Source: Ylistrum balloti (taxonomy: Eukaryota). Taken from it: DNA of 64,000 nucleotides. The stretch is from positions 496,001-560,000 of the forward strand of contig NW_026781864.1 of assembly GCF_031769215.1 (NCBI RefSeq). The letters run 5' to 3'. Within the stretch, counting starts at the first letter, position 1. Each line of letters begins with the position of its first letter. Below are positions 12,366-24,400 of this stretch, in pieces. The notes under the pieces were generated by a model. The model did no database searches, was not told the DNA's origin, and worked only from the letters and a program-made list of their open reading frames with translations. Made by a program: the position numbers and the translations under genes.

Positions 12366-13547
12366 TGATATAGTGAATGTATAGATCTCAATAGTCTTAC
12401 ACATCTCAGAAAAGTGCCTTCTTTAGTTTATATAGAAAGATACAATGTACAAATATGCATCAAAAGTCCTTTGAGATTTCCTACATGGTTAACCATACTA
12501 TAGGATAACCACTGACTGATGTACAACATTATAGAACACTCTGTGCAGGGACTTGACAAAATAAGTCATTATATTGTTCATATTTTGATAGTAAGGCACA
12601 GCAAATCGTGTTTATATAGAGTATGTATTGCTGAAAAAGGATTTCACTACAGGCATAATTTGGTTGAGGATTTGAAAGTATGATATGATTCATCAATGAT
12701 CTGGTGATGTAGGAATTTTTACATGGATCAGATTAATATCTACACCATTATCATCATTCGACCATGTTTATCCTTCTATAGCTTTTAAAGACTTGTATCA
12801 TTTTATTTACACATCCTATATATCTGCCATTTTAATTAATGTTTAATATCAGCTGTCTTTAATTGGTATTACTATAAAAACGTGAGGGAACTGACTTCTT
12901 TTGCTTGGGGATGAAGAAGCCACTAATATTTCTTCCTTTATGGAATACATCTATAGAAAACAGCTGTCAGTATGATTCTGAGTTATATATACATGCACAT
13001 ATATGTTGAAACAATATTATTTAATAAAGTCTATTTATTATATTAAGAATTAATTAGGTTTCAGATATGCCCAAGAAAAGAAAATGATACGTTCAAACTA
13101 TGATTTTAAAAAGAGAAAGTAATTTGATATAGGGAAAATTGTTTATTGCAATGATTACTGGTATAATTTTCTTTGAACAAGTGCATGCCTGAATGTGTAA
13201 TACCAAAATATGTTTACTTTGCTGAATATCAGAATTTCAGTAGTTTTAGATACGTTTTTTAGTTAACATGTTTGTCATCACACTATATATAAGTTGTTGT
13301 TTTTTTTAACTCAATATTGTGAATGTCTGCTTCTGAGCATAAATTCCGGTTTCTTTTTTTGTCTCATTTGTCTGTTTTCGTGTTTGTTAATTATAAAAGA
13401 TGATTTGTTGATTTTTTATTATTTAATCAGTGTATACTTACTTACATATATTTGGTACTTGAAAATACATTTTATTGAGAAAGAAACATTTATTTGCTTT
13501 GTTTTTGAGACACTACTGGTTATTTGTTGAAACATATTAGAGCCTTC

Positions 13548-15700
13548 CTTTTTATACTCCAGTCATAAATCATTTTGATGGGACATTATATGCTATGGCG
13601 TTGTTCATCTCTTGTAAACTTTAATTTGTACAGAAATTTCCTTCCAGTTTTCAACCAATATCTTTCAAACTTTACTTAATCACAATGACATAAAGATTTT
13701 CCAGAACGACACTTTCATTCCATCGCTTTTGGAAGAGTTATTGCCCTTTATTTTGTAGCAACTTTATCTTGTCTAGAGATGTCCTCGCCCAGTTTTCAAC
13801 CAGTCTATATCAAACATGCCATCACATGTTGTAGAGTTATGTTTTTCCTTAAGAGCAGTTTGATTAACAAGTTTAGGGTGAATACTGTCTCTTAACAGCA
13901 GTTTGATTAACAAATTTAGGGTGAATACTGTCTCTATACAGCAGTTTGATTAACAAGTTTAGGGTGAATACTGTCTCTTAACAGCAGTTTGATTAACAAG
14001 TTTAGGGTGAATACTGTCTCTTAACAGTAGTTTGATTAACAAGTTTAGGGTGAATACTGTCTCTTAACAGCAGTTTGATTAACAAGTTTAGGGTGAATAC
14101 TGTCTCTTAACAGCAGTTTGATTAACAAGTTTAGGGTGAATACTGTCTCTTAACAGCAGTTTGATTAACAAGTTTAGGGTGAATACTGTCTCTATACAGC
14201 AGTTTGATTAACAAGTTTAGGGTGAATACTGTCTCTAAACAGCAGTTTGATTAACAAGTTTAGGGTGAATACTGTCTCTTAACAGCAGTTTGATTAACAA
14301 GTTTAGGGTGAATACTGTCTCTAAACAGCAGTTTGATTAACAAGTTTAGGGTGAATACTGTCTCTTAACAGCAGTTTGGTTAACAAGTTAAGGGTGAATA
14401 CTGTCTCTTAACAGCAGTTTGGTTAACAAGTTTAGGGTGAATACTGTCTCTTAACAGCAGTTTGATTAACAAGTTTAGGGTGAATACTGTCTCTTAACAG
14501 CAGTTTGATTAACAAGTTTAGGGTGAATACTGTCTCTTAACAGCAGTTCGATTAACAAGTTTAGGGTGAATACTGTCTCTTAACAGCAGTTTGATTAACA
14601 AGTTTAGGGTGAATACTGTCTCTTAACAGCAGTTTGATTAACAAGTTTAGGGTGAATACTGTCTCTCTAACAAGTTTAGGGTGAATACTGTCTCTATAAC
14701 AGCAGTTTGATTAACAAGTTTAGGGTGAATACTGTCTCTATACAGCAGTTTGATTAACAAGTTTTGGGTGAATACTGTCTCTAAACAGCAGTTTGATTAA
14801 CAAGTTTAGGGTGAATACTGTCTCTTAACAGCAGTTTGATTAACAAGTTTAGGGTGAATACTGTCTCTTTACAGCAGTTTGATTAACAAGTTTAGGGTGA
14901 ATACTGTCTCTTAACAGCAGTTTGGTTAACAAGTTTAGGGTGAATACTGTCTCTTAACAGCAGTTTGATTAACAAGTTTAGGGTGAATACTGTCTCTATA
15001 CAGCAGTTTGATTAACAAGTTTAGGGTGAATACTGTCTCTAACAGCAGTTTGATTAACAAGTTTAGGGTGAATACTGTCTCTATACAGCAGTTTGATTAA
15101 CAAGTTTAGGGTGAATACTGTCTCTAAACAGCAGTTTGATTAACAAGTTTAGGGTGAATACTGTCTCTAAACAAACAGTCTCTAAACAGCAGTTTGATTA
15201 ACAAGTTTAGGGTGAATACTGTCTCTATACAGCAGTTTGATTAACAAGTTTAGGGTGAATACTGTCTCTAAACAGCAGTTTGATTAACAAGTTTAGGGTG
15301 AATACTGTCTCTATACAGCAGTTTGATTAACAAGTTTAGGGTGAATACTGTCTCTATACAGCAGTTTGATTAACAAGTTTAGGGTGAATACTGTCTCTAT
15401 ACAGCAGTTTGATTAACAAGTTTAGGGTGAATACTGTCTCTATACAGCAGTTTGATTAACAAGTTTAGGGTGAATACTGTCTCTAAACAGCAGTTTGATT
15501 AACAAGTTTAGGTTGAATACTGTCTCTATACAGCAGTTTGATTAACAAGTTTAGGGTGAATACTGTCTCTTTTTTCCAAGGTTTTTATCTTTTTAAGATG
15601 TTGCCCCTTTGTTTTAAACCAATTTCTTTGAAACATGGAAGGCTTCTCAACCATGACATGAAAATGTGTTTTCCTGAAAGGCACTTTGTTGTAATTATTT
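13548..15700. mobile_element. Helentron/DINE-1-like non-autonomous element relic enclosing the 43-bp array
   Basis: Begins tttttatactccagtc...tttgatgggacattatatgctatggcgttg, which resembles recalled mollusc HINE termini; ttgccccttt/ttttcaacc-type subrepeats occur on both sides of the array. Confidence 0.45.
13850..15570. repeat. 42-43 bp minisatellite, about 40 copies
   Basis: Unit aacaagtttagggtgaatactgtctc(tta/tat/ta)acagcagtttgatt; very homogeneous, no unique spacers. Confidence 0.97.
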
Positions 15701-15799
15701 TTTTGGAAATCTTACTTTTCATATTGTCTACTGTCTGCATGCTTGCTTGTGGATGTTAAAACATGTGTAAAGGTATATACATGCTTGTTTGTTACATCC

Positions 15800-16005
15800 G
15801 AGGTAAAATCTTCATGGACAGTAGAAACTTTGTTGTCTTCATCATTTGTCACATTCGAGATCAAATTCTTGTAGACAATGGAAACTTTTGTTATCTTCAT
15901 CATTTCTTATATACAAGATTAAATCCTCATGAACGGTAGAAACTATTGTTATCTTCATCTTTGGTTACATCAGACTTCAAATCCTCATGGACGATTGAAA
16001 CAAAT
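15800..16005. repeat. Decayed approximately 57-bp tandem repeat, about 4 copies
   Basis: aaatc(c/t)tcatg...gaaact(t/a)ttgtt(g/a)tcttcatc recurs at about 15807, 15863, 15921 and 15978. Confidence 0.65.
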
Positions 16006-16259
16006 GTATAATGTTTAATGGATATGCAATCATAGAAAAAACTGCCAAGAAACTTCAGGTCTGAAACATCTGGACAGTATTTTCAAATAAATTGCCTGAA
16101 ATTCCCTACCCGCGGTCCATATAAGTTATGAGACTTGTATTGAAGCAGGGTTGTCTTTTTCAGTGTTACTGTTCCCTAAATGTGTACCCGAAGACTGGTG
16201 TCATTTGGTCAGTTTGTATTGGAGAGGTAGGACTCTAAAGTAAACAAGACAAGTGACTT

Positions 16260-16465
16260 TTGCAAAATGGACAAACTGAAAGAACAGTGATTCAATATTT
16301 GCATGAGAAAGGTCCAGCACCTAAGGATATCCATACTGATATGGTAGCAACACTAGGAAATGATGTCCCTTCATATGCTACAGTGAAAATGTGGGTGGCG
16401 GAATTAGAATTAAACCGTGGCAGGCAGAGCCTTGGGGACGACGCCCATTCTGGAAGGCCTGTCAC
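16260..16465 (+). mobile_element. Mariner-type transposase N-terminal HTH fragment
   Basis: ERTVIQYLHEKGPAPKDIHTDMVATLGNDVPSYATVKMWVAEL...SLGDDAHSGRPVT matches the mariner/SETMAR DNA-binding HTH and the D..RSGRP linker; no DDD domain follows. Confidence 0.8.
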
Positions 16466-17313
16466 GTGCTGTGTGTCTGTCTTATATTCCATGATGACAC
16501 CAATCTGTATTCACGCACTTCCGTATTACGTTTTTCTTTTCACGCGTGAAATGCAGCTGAGGGGGAAAACCTTATTTAATACTTGATTTTTCGTACTTTT
16601 ATCCGTCAATACTAACAAACACAGATTTATGGTTATAATGATATATGAAAACTACTGAGCTTCCGTATTTCGAGAAGACTCAACATTTCAATATGGCTAC
16701 TATAATACTTTCCTACTAACTTCTTTTACCCTTTTCTAAATGGCTTATAATTCTGTAATGTAAACATATATCCAATTATATTAGAAGAAACACTGGGATA
16801 CACAGAGTCGTTTTCATATACATTGTTGACAAAATCGCTTTACGCAACAGTTGTTTTCCCATGTTTACCGTCAGATGGAAGAACGTTCTGATGGAAAGCT
16901 CGTTGTTTATTATATGTACCGTATTTCTCCGGCAATAAGCCCATGCTCGGTAATAAGCCCACTCCCCCTTTCTGCCAACTCCTATGCACAGGGGGGATGT
17001 CCGGTATTAAGCCCACCCCCATTTTTGACCTCAGCCGACCTGTCCCGGTCGGAAGACTTACCGATCGGGAGAATGAACTGAGCAAACTGAACTGTTATTC
17101 TGTCGATGATTGAAAGACTTCTCATAGAATTTCTGTCGTGTTTGTTGCATCATATGAATAAAAATACAGTCTTGTTTTGTATTGTGCCGGTGTTTGTAAG
17201 ATTGTTGCATCATAAAAAAAAACAGTCAAGTTTTGTATGAATACATTAACCCAGAAAGTCGTCTGCCGATGTTCATCGACGCAGTCATGCGTGTACATCT
17301 GTGTATACACAAG

Positions 17314-18394
17314 CACAGGCACTCGAGGCCAGGATATTATTTTTTAAACGTTGATTTTTGTTTTAGCACTCATGACTGACGTTATTTAAACGAAATATCA
17401 GCAGAATTCAAGTTTATGTGCCGGTTGACAAATCCGAGGTCCACGGTCATTAAAAATACACAAGGCAAGCAACTCCAGATTTTAAAAAATCGACCCCTCG
17501 CTTGGAAACTGGCTCAAAAAAAGTAGTTATGATAAGTTCCTTGTAAAACAATATGTATCCGTCATTATACAAATACATTTGCGGGGATGGAAAAATAATG
17601 GCTGGGCATTTAAAAAAAAAATAGAAAAAAAATCATTTAATTTCCAATTTCTAAGTTAATATATTTCCCCCACGATATTTTTCATAAATTGCGCCCTTTT
17701 TTCATTATCTGCATGATTTTTTTTTTCTATTTTTTTTTTGAAAAAAAATTCTCATTACCGCCAGCTTGATTGAAATTTGATGCATTCTGTATAATCCCTT
17801 ACCATGATATTGTATCCGAGTTGGCAACTGTGGACTTTCTTTGCCCAGCCATTATTTTTCCATCCCCGCAAATGTATTTGTAGAAATAAAAATATCTATT
17901 TTGAAGTTACACGCGTAATGACATCGGAACCTTTCTTACCTGTTCACTGGTATAGTGCTATCCGGAACTCCTCTCCCAAAAAGTCGGAGTGACCGCCCTT
18001 GAAATGGCATGTTACTTCCGTCAAAGATAATTACATGGGCGATAAAATCTCCGATTATTGAGATGTTAATCTCATGTACGTATTGTGAATTTCTCGTTGC
18101 CTGTAATGTTATGCACCAAATAAAAGGTAAATATACACACTACCTACGGATACATATTGTTTTACAAGGAACTTATCATAACTACTTTTTTTGAGCCAGT
18201 TTCCAAGCGAGGGGTCGATTTTTTAAAATCTGGAGTTGCTTGCCTTGTGTATTTTTAATGACCGTGGACCTCGGATTTGTCAACCGGCACATAAACTTGA
18301 ATTCTGCTGATATTTCGTTTAAATAACGTCAGTCATGAGTGCTAAAACAAAAATCAACGTTTAAAAAATAATATCCTGGCCTCGAGTGCCTGTG
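17314..18394. mobile_element. 1081-bp non-autonomous foldback element with 249-bp TIRs and 8-bp TSD (P-like CANRG terminus, or MULE/hAT-like)
   Basis: 17314-17562 is the reverse complement of 18146-18394 with no mismatch seen by eye; TSD tacacaag at 17306-17313 and 18395-18402; termini CACAGG...CCTGTG. Confidence 0.92.
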
Positions 18395-18753
18395 TACACA
18401 AGCACATTGACGGGTGGCCAGGTTACCATAATTAAAGGTATAAACTACCCTGGCTATAATACCTGGTATGTTTTCGTAGTGTAAGAATAGTGCGAATGTG
18501 AAACAATGGTGGCTAATTGATCAGCGTGGTCACTGGACGAGTATAACACGCGCTTTATGAAAACAGTTACAGTCAAGTAAATATAAAGGCCATGCCCGTT
18601 GAAGTCGGGTGTCGCTATAACAATAGCGCCTAATGACACCTAAAATAACATCAGTATTAGACACTTTGAGTAAGAGCTAGACATCTTGAGATCAAAGGTG
18701 CCGTAATGGGATAAATAAGGAGAGGTGTCTTGCTTTCATCATTCTACAGCATC

Positions 18754-19672
18754 ATGCCTCTTAGTCGTAAGCGCTACACAGTGAAGGACAAGATCGACAT
18801 CGTCCACTGGTTTCGAGGGAACGGCTCGAACTATTCCGCCACACAGAGGGAGTTTGGAGTTGACCGGAAACTCATCAGAACATGGAACCACGATTACGAC
18901 AAGCTACTTATGAACTCCGGTGGGAAGACAGGATCCCTGAAGAAGATTGGTGCAGCGACGCCACCAAGGTCTATGGAGCTTGACAACGCCGTGTTTGAAT
19001 GGTTCGTGGAGGAGAGGGCCGAGGGACGAGCCGTGACTAATTATATGCTACAAGCTCAGGGCCGCATCATCGCCAGCCAGCTTCGAGTTGATGGTTTCAT
19101 CGCATCCAACGGCTGGCTACGCAGATGGAAGAAGCGCTTTTCTGTCGGGATTCGCCGCGGGACCAACGACGCACAGAAACTGCCATCAGATTATCAGGAG
19201 AAGATCGCCGCCTTCCACGACGCCATCCGCCACCTCCGCCAGGCCAACGACTATACCGCGTACAACATTACCAACATGGATCAGACTATGGTCCGATTTG
19301 ACACGCCATTCACCACGACCAACTCCATGATCGGCGAGAAGACTGTCCGTATCACGAACAGCGGCGGGGCCAAGAAGGGTTGTACCGTAGCACTGTCAGC
19401 CACAGCGTCTGGTCACAAATTCCCAGCTTACATTATCTTCAAGGGATGTATTAAAATGTATTTTACCATGACAATCTTATACAATACTGATTTCCAATTA
19501 AAACAATTAAATAGATTAAATAGATAATTTTATTTATATACCTATAATTGGACATTAGTAAATAATTGAGTAGTCTTGTGTTATTTATAATTACCGTACA
19601 TAAAACAGGGACTAATGATATGATTCCCTGTATAAACAATACGCTATAATTACCAGGTATTTTTATTTCATT

Positions 19673-19711
<39 letters not shown>

Positions 19712-19965
19712 GCAGGAGAAATCTGGTGAGCTGTCGTCCCGGATCCAGGCTTCACTTCGGATTCCTCCGAATGTTCGAGTATCCGCTTCCCAGAACGGAT
19801 GGATGACGGCTGCCGAGGTGCAACGCTGGATTCGGCGAGTGTGGGGCCCGAACACTGACGATGTCCGCAGACTGCTCACTCTGGACAGTTACCGTCCACA
19901 CACCTGTCCGTCTACCCTTGAGATCTTCAAGCAGTATGACACAGACATCGTCACCATTCCCGGAG
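18754..19965 (+). pseudogene. Intron-containing pogo/Tigger-family transposase (CENP-B-type HTH + DDE_1), apparently defective
   Basis: Exon 18754-19443 (MPLSRKRYTVKDKIDIV...FGVDRKLIRTW...ASNGWLRRWKKRF...NMDQT...HKFPAYIIFK) and exon 19716-19965 (EKSGEL...QNGWMT...LLTLDSYRPH...IVTIPGG). Intervening donor reads AAG|ggatgt; the expected next exon with QPLD was not found. Confidence 0.85.
19668..19710. repeat. (TTA)n microsatellite in the transposase intron
   Basis: ttattattatt... run directly upstream of the acceptor at 19715. Confidence 0.9.
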
Positions 19966-21438
19966 GTATGTATATAATATTACATTTTAACATGGAAGTG
20001 CGTTTATTCAGACAATTACGGTACATAAAGCAATGTTCTGCAGACCCCGGAAATGAATGTAGGTCATGTATATATAGAAACATTATGATTCCGTCATAAT
20101 AAAAATCTTGGGGAATTCCCCTTACTTGCCTGCATAGTCCATGATCATACATGCATGTAACTTAGTTCTAGAAAAACCTTAAAAGTATGCACATGAAAGA
20201 CAGATGGAAAAAGAAATCACAATCATCGAGGTCAGTATGTTCTTGTTATGATTTCTGATTAGCACTAATTATGAAATTCAGAGTTGGTTGCAAAGATATC
20301 AATGTTTACACAGTAGTGTAGTCCAAATTATCCTGACATTTTCTCGATCTGGAATTGACGTCGTTTATCGATTTAAGACCGTTATTTCAAAAATCGAAAG
20401 AAAATTACACTGTTCACACTGTCAGCACGTAAATACACGTAAATTATAATACTATTCTTTATACAGTTTTTTTACATCTAATTCTTCATTTGTATTAAAA
20501 GTCGGCATTCACTGGTGTGCCTTTTGTACTATGAGATGAGAAAGTCACATATTTATGTAAAAACGAATTTGTACGTGAAGAATATAATGATATAACACAT
20601 ATATGTAAGTATATGACACCATGCGAGTATTTAACACAATGTGAGTATATGACAATATGTGATATATATGATAATACAGTTCGTTATAATGTATTGTCAC
20701 TGTTTGTTCGCCAGTGTTCAAATTCAAATTCTGTTGTGTATTGACAAAGAAACTACTCCCCGTGTGTAGATATTTCTCGAACAATAGTTGCGGAGAGCTT
20801 TGGAGAGTCACGACATGGTTGACTTACTTTGACGTAAACAGGTTCGACAAAAATTCACCCACACGCTAATATATCTTGTGTATCCGGCTGAAAAACTCAG
20901 CCAGAACTGTATAACAAGTTATATTGATTTAAAAATTAATTTAAACATGTTTTAAAACTCTGCAAAGTTAACGAAAAGGTTGAAACTGATCGATTTGCTC
21001 AATTACATCGTCTTCCTGGTCCAGGGAAATCGATCTCGTAGCCCCGTTCGAGGAAAATTGAACTCATGTAGCCTTTTCGAAGGAAGTTGACCTCATGTTC
21101 GAGGTTACAGCAACAATAAAGGTAAATTTAATGAAGTATTTCGGCTTTGTCCTTTTTGTTATATTCAAACCCATTTTTTTTTAAATTTTGATGATCATAG
21201 AAATTTCAGTAATTACTCATTAATAGGTCATCGATTTCACCGAGATTGCCCTTAATTGTGAATAACAGTATTTTGTTTGCAATGATATTTACTTTTTATA
21301 AACAAAGGCGATAAAAGCAAGTCTAATTTCAGTGATTTTTTTTTCTATTTCATCAACTTAAGTGATAGGAACAATATGAAATTCCCCTAGAATAACGACT
21401 GTGTTTCCGTCGCATTGCTGTAATACCAAGCTGAAAAC

Positions 21439-24400
21439 ATGGCGGATCGAGAAAAACGTGAGTTTATTTCTTTAGTAATTTGTAATGTACTTTTTAATTC
21501 AATCGAATGGCGGCACGGCTTAGAATAAACAAAAGTACTTGGCGTTCGTCCGAAATTATCAGATATGTGAACATTGCGATGTTTATATGATTGTGTGGCT
21601 TATGCCTCTCCCGATATAGATTTCAAAATGTAGGCCCTTATCATCACAGGTGTATGATAAAGTTAAATTTCTGGTTTTACTGTTTCAAATTGAAATTTGT
21701 ATTAAAGGGCGATAATCACTTATGTGTCATATGCTAGATTATTGGACACAAAATAACACCCGTATTGATTGCCTATGTTTACAGGAGTAGTCTTTAAGAT
21801 AACAAACTACTTCGGTAATCAGGGTATCCAAGTAGGAGACTGCAACACCATGCAGATAGCGGAAATGTTATCCGGAAAAAAAGGTGTGTATTTCATCATT
21901 ACATGTTAAGGAAGGATTCGTGTTCAAGATAAACTAGTACGGGGGTTATTCGACACAGTCACCTGCACATTCCCGACAATATGAAGTGGGTGTCCTTTAT
22001 TGTTAAAAAATGAAAAGAGATAAAAAAAATTCCTAACCCTAGTTTAAAATCTCCACGATCATATGTTACTGAGCTACACCATTGCTATTGTTTAATGCTG
22101 TTTTTGAAAGATTGCATAAGGTATAGGTGGGGTTTCCTTTTTCATGACGCAAGCACAGTTCGTTTTGTAAACAAAAATGTAATAATATCTCCACGAAAAG
22201 ATAAAGTTATTGGACGCTTTATCTGCAGGCACGATAACATCTTGAAGTGTCGATTTGTATTTTGAAATTCATTTTCCAGCTAACGGACGAGGTTTCACGA
22301 AATTTATAACCTTTCAGGATAACCTCTCGTAGCTTAACATTTTGAATAATGCTTTAATCACCAGTTTATTTGTATAGTTACGTTTTAATAGCACCGGTAT
22401 TAACACTCCCTGAATATTTTTCCAGGAACCACACGGGAAGATGTTCACATAGATAACCTTCTATGTGGTGCACTTAACAGTATTCTAAACCCGAAACGTT
22501 CCAAGTCTCCACATCCAATGAATCTGAACGTGTTGGAAACGAAATTTATAGAAACGTTTGGAGATCATTTACCGGAGGGAAAGAGAACGTTCACAAGTAC
22601 AGCTGGCATGTCGCTCCAATCATTCCTTCAAAAGCATGGGGATTATTACGAGACACACTTTACATCAAAGGGAAAGACAATGGTGCAACAAAGACTATCG
22701 ACATCCGAGTCGGAAGAGATTCCCAGTGACAACAGTCATACACACGCTTGTAACAGCCGTAAACAGGCTATGAGGCTCGAGAAAGAAAACGGTGGCGCTT
22801 TGCAGAAGGAAAACATTGTATACGATCCCTTGAATGACAAAAACAGAAATACGGAAGAAATAAGTCAAATTGACAATGATGCTGATGGGTGGCAAACAGT
22901 TTATAGTAAAGGACATAAAAAAATGATAAAAGCAACGAAACAGAGTGTCAAACCCGAAAGTGAAAGGAAACAACAAAAATATGCAGATCAAGGACACTGT
23001 TTTATAAAACATCTTCTCGAGAAAAAAAGCAGTCACGATTTGAAGTTTGTGCCATCGGATACCATATACTTCCAGAATTACCTCTTGTTTACCATAGATA
23101 TCATCAGTATGTGGAATACCCCAAAGGAGGTCCCCTCGTACATTGTCCTTGGTATTTTCGATAATGGCACAGATGGGTTAGAGTCTTACACCACCACAGG
23201 AATGAAAACAAGTCACACAACTGAGCATTTCAAAAAAATTTTCTTGTATGACTGCGTGGCCGGCAGTATCCCAGAGTTCTCGTATACTGAACTTTTTCTA
23301 GGAAACGATGTAGTAGGCGTGATTGAAATATGCAACACTGGAACGAGTCCATCTCCATGTGTGATGAACTGCAACCGGGAAAACATTGCTATTGCGACAC
23401 GCGAAGGAGACATGTGGATTCGAAAGAACTCAACGACTATTGTTTGCAAGCCTACAGATCACATATTTGCACAGGTATATCGATGGTTTGCAGAAAGCCA
23501 TGCAAATACCTCAAATAACGTGCAAGGTTTCGTTAATGAAAAATGTTCCATCCGAGAAACCGAGAACAAAGATTCGAACCCCATTGTTTATTCGCGACAG
23601 CCAAGTGCCGTTTCAGAAACGGACGATGGTTTGAAAGTATGTATTTCAATGGATCAGATGTTAGATGCTGTGAACAATTTTCGCAAGGGTCACTTCATTC
23701 TCTTGGCCGGTGATATATCCAGTCAATCCAAAAACATTGATGCAATCGCATGTGTACGCTGGCTGGCTGTTTTTGATTTCGATCCTTACAGCAGAGACCG
23801 AGGACTTCTTTGTTCAAATGAGGAACCCTTGTCCAAAACGACATCCCTTCATATCACCACATGGAAGTCAATCAACAAGCCTATATCGGAGTACGGAACT
23901 AATTGGTGTTTTATACGTGGATCAAGAGATGACCCTGAAAGTCGAGAGTGTTTCCAAGAATCAGACGATCTGCAGAGTTGGAGTCGAAAAATAAAACCGT
24001 TCATTGATCCTTACTTGAATGATATACAGGATTTCGTTGCAGATTACACCGTGCTGACCTCGATCGTTTTATGGCCTGAAGACGAAAGGATGCTCCCTTA
24101 CATTCTGAAGATGATAAATAAGTTAGATGAAAACATTGATCCTCCTCCAAAACTCGTTGTCGTCCTTGAGTCAGAACCTCGGACTGAAGCCGGAAAAAGA
24201 CTCTTCCGTATGTTTTGTGACGAACAGAACGAAAACGTTACTTTCGTTCGAATGAAGTTAAGCGACGTTCTGGATGGACTGAGTCATGCGCTTAAACAGA
24301 ATGACAATACACATGAAGTCAGATTTGATCTACCTGTAACCGAACAAAGAGATGTCTGTGTATTGGAGAGAGATGCATCATGGCTGCGTGAGCATTTGAA

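Larger units (their letters stand above)
16919..19970 (+). mobile_element. pogo/Tc2-like DNA transposon, 3'-truncated, interrupted by a foldback element
   Basis: TA followed by ccgtatttctccggcaataagccc (Tc2/pogo-like left terminus) at 16919; transposase exons downstream; no matching right terminus found by eye. Confidence 0.7.

Noticed and set aside
13850-15570. 43-bp array as a CRISPR array or telomeric tract
   Set aside because: No unique spacers and a eukaryotic context; TTTAGGG occurs once per unit and is not tandem.
22280-22291. Possible 12-nt phase 1-1 microexon (ttttccag|CTAACGGACGAG|gtttca) in the SAMD9-like gene
   Set aside because: Plausible splice signals, but such matches are common by chance; needs RNA-seq junction evidence.
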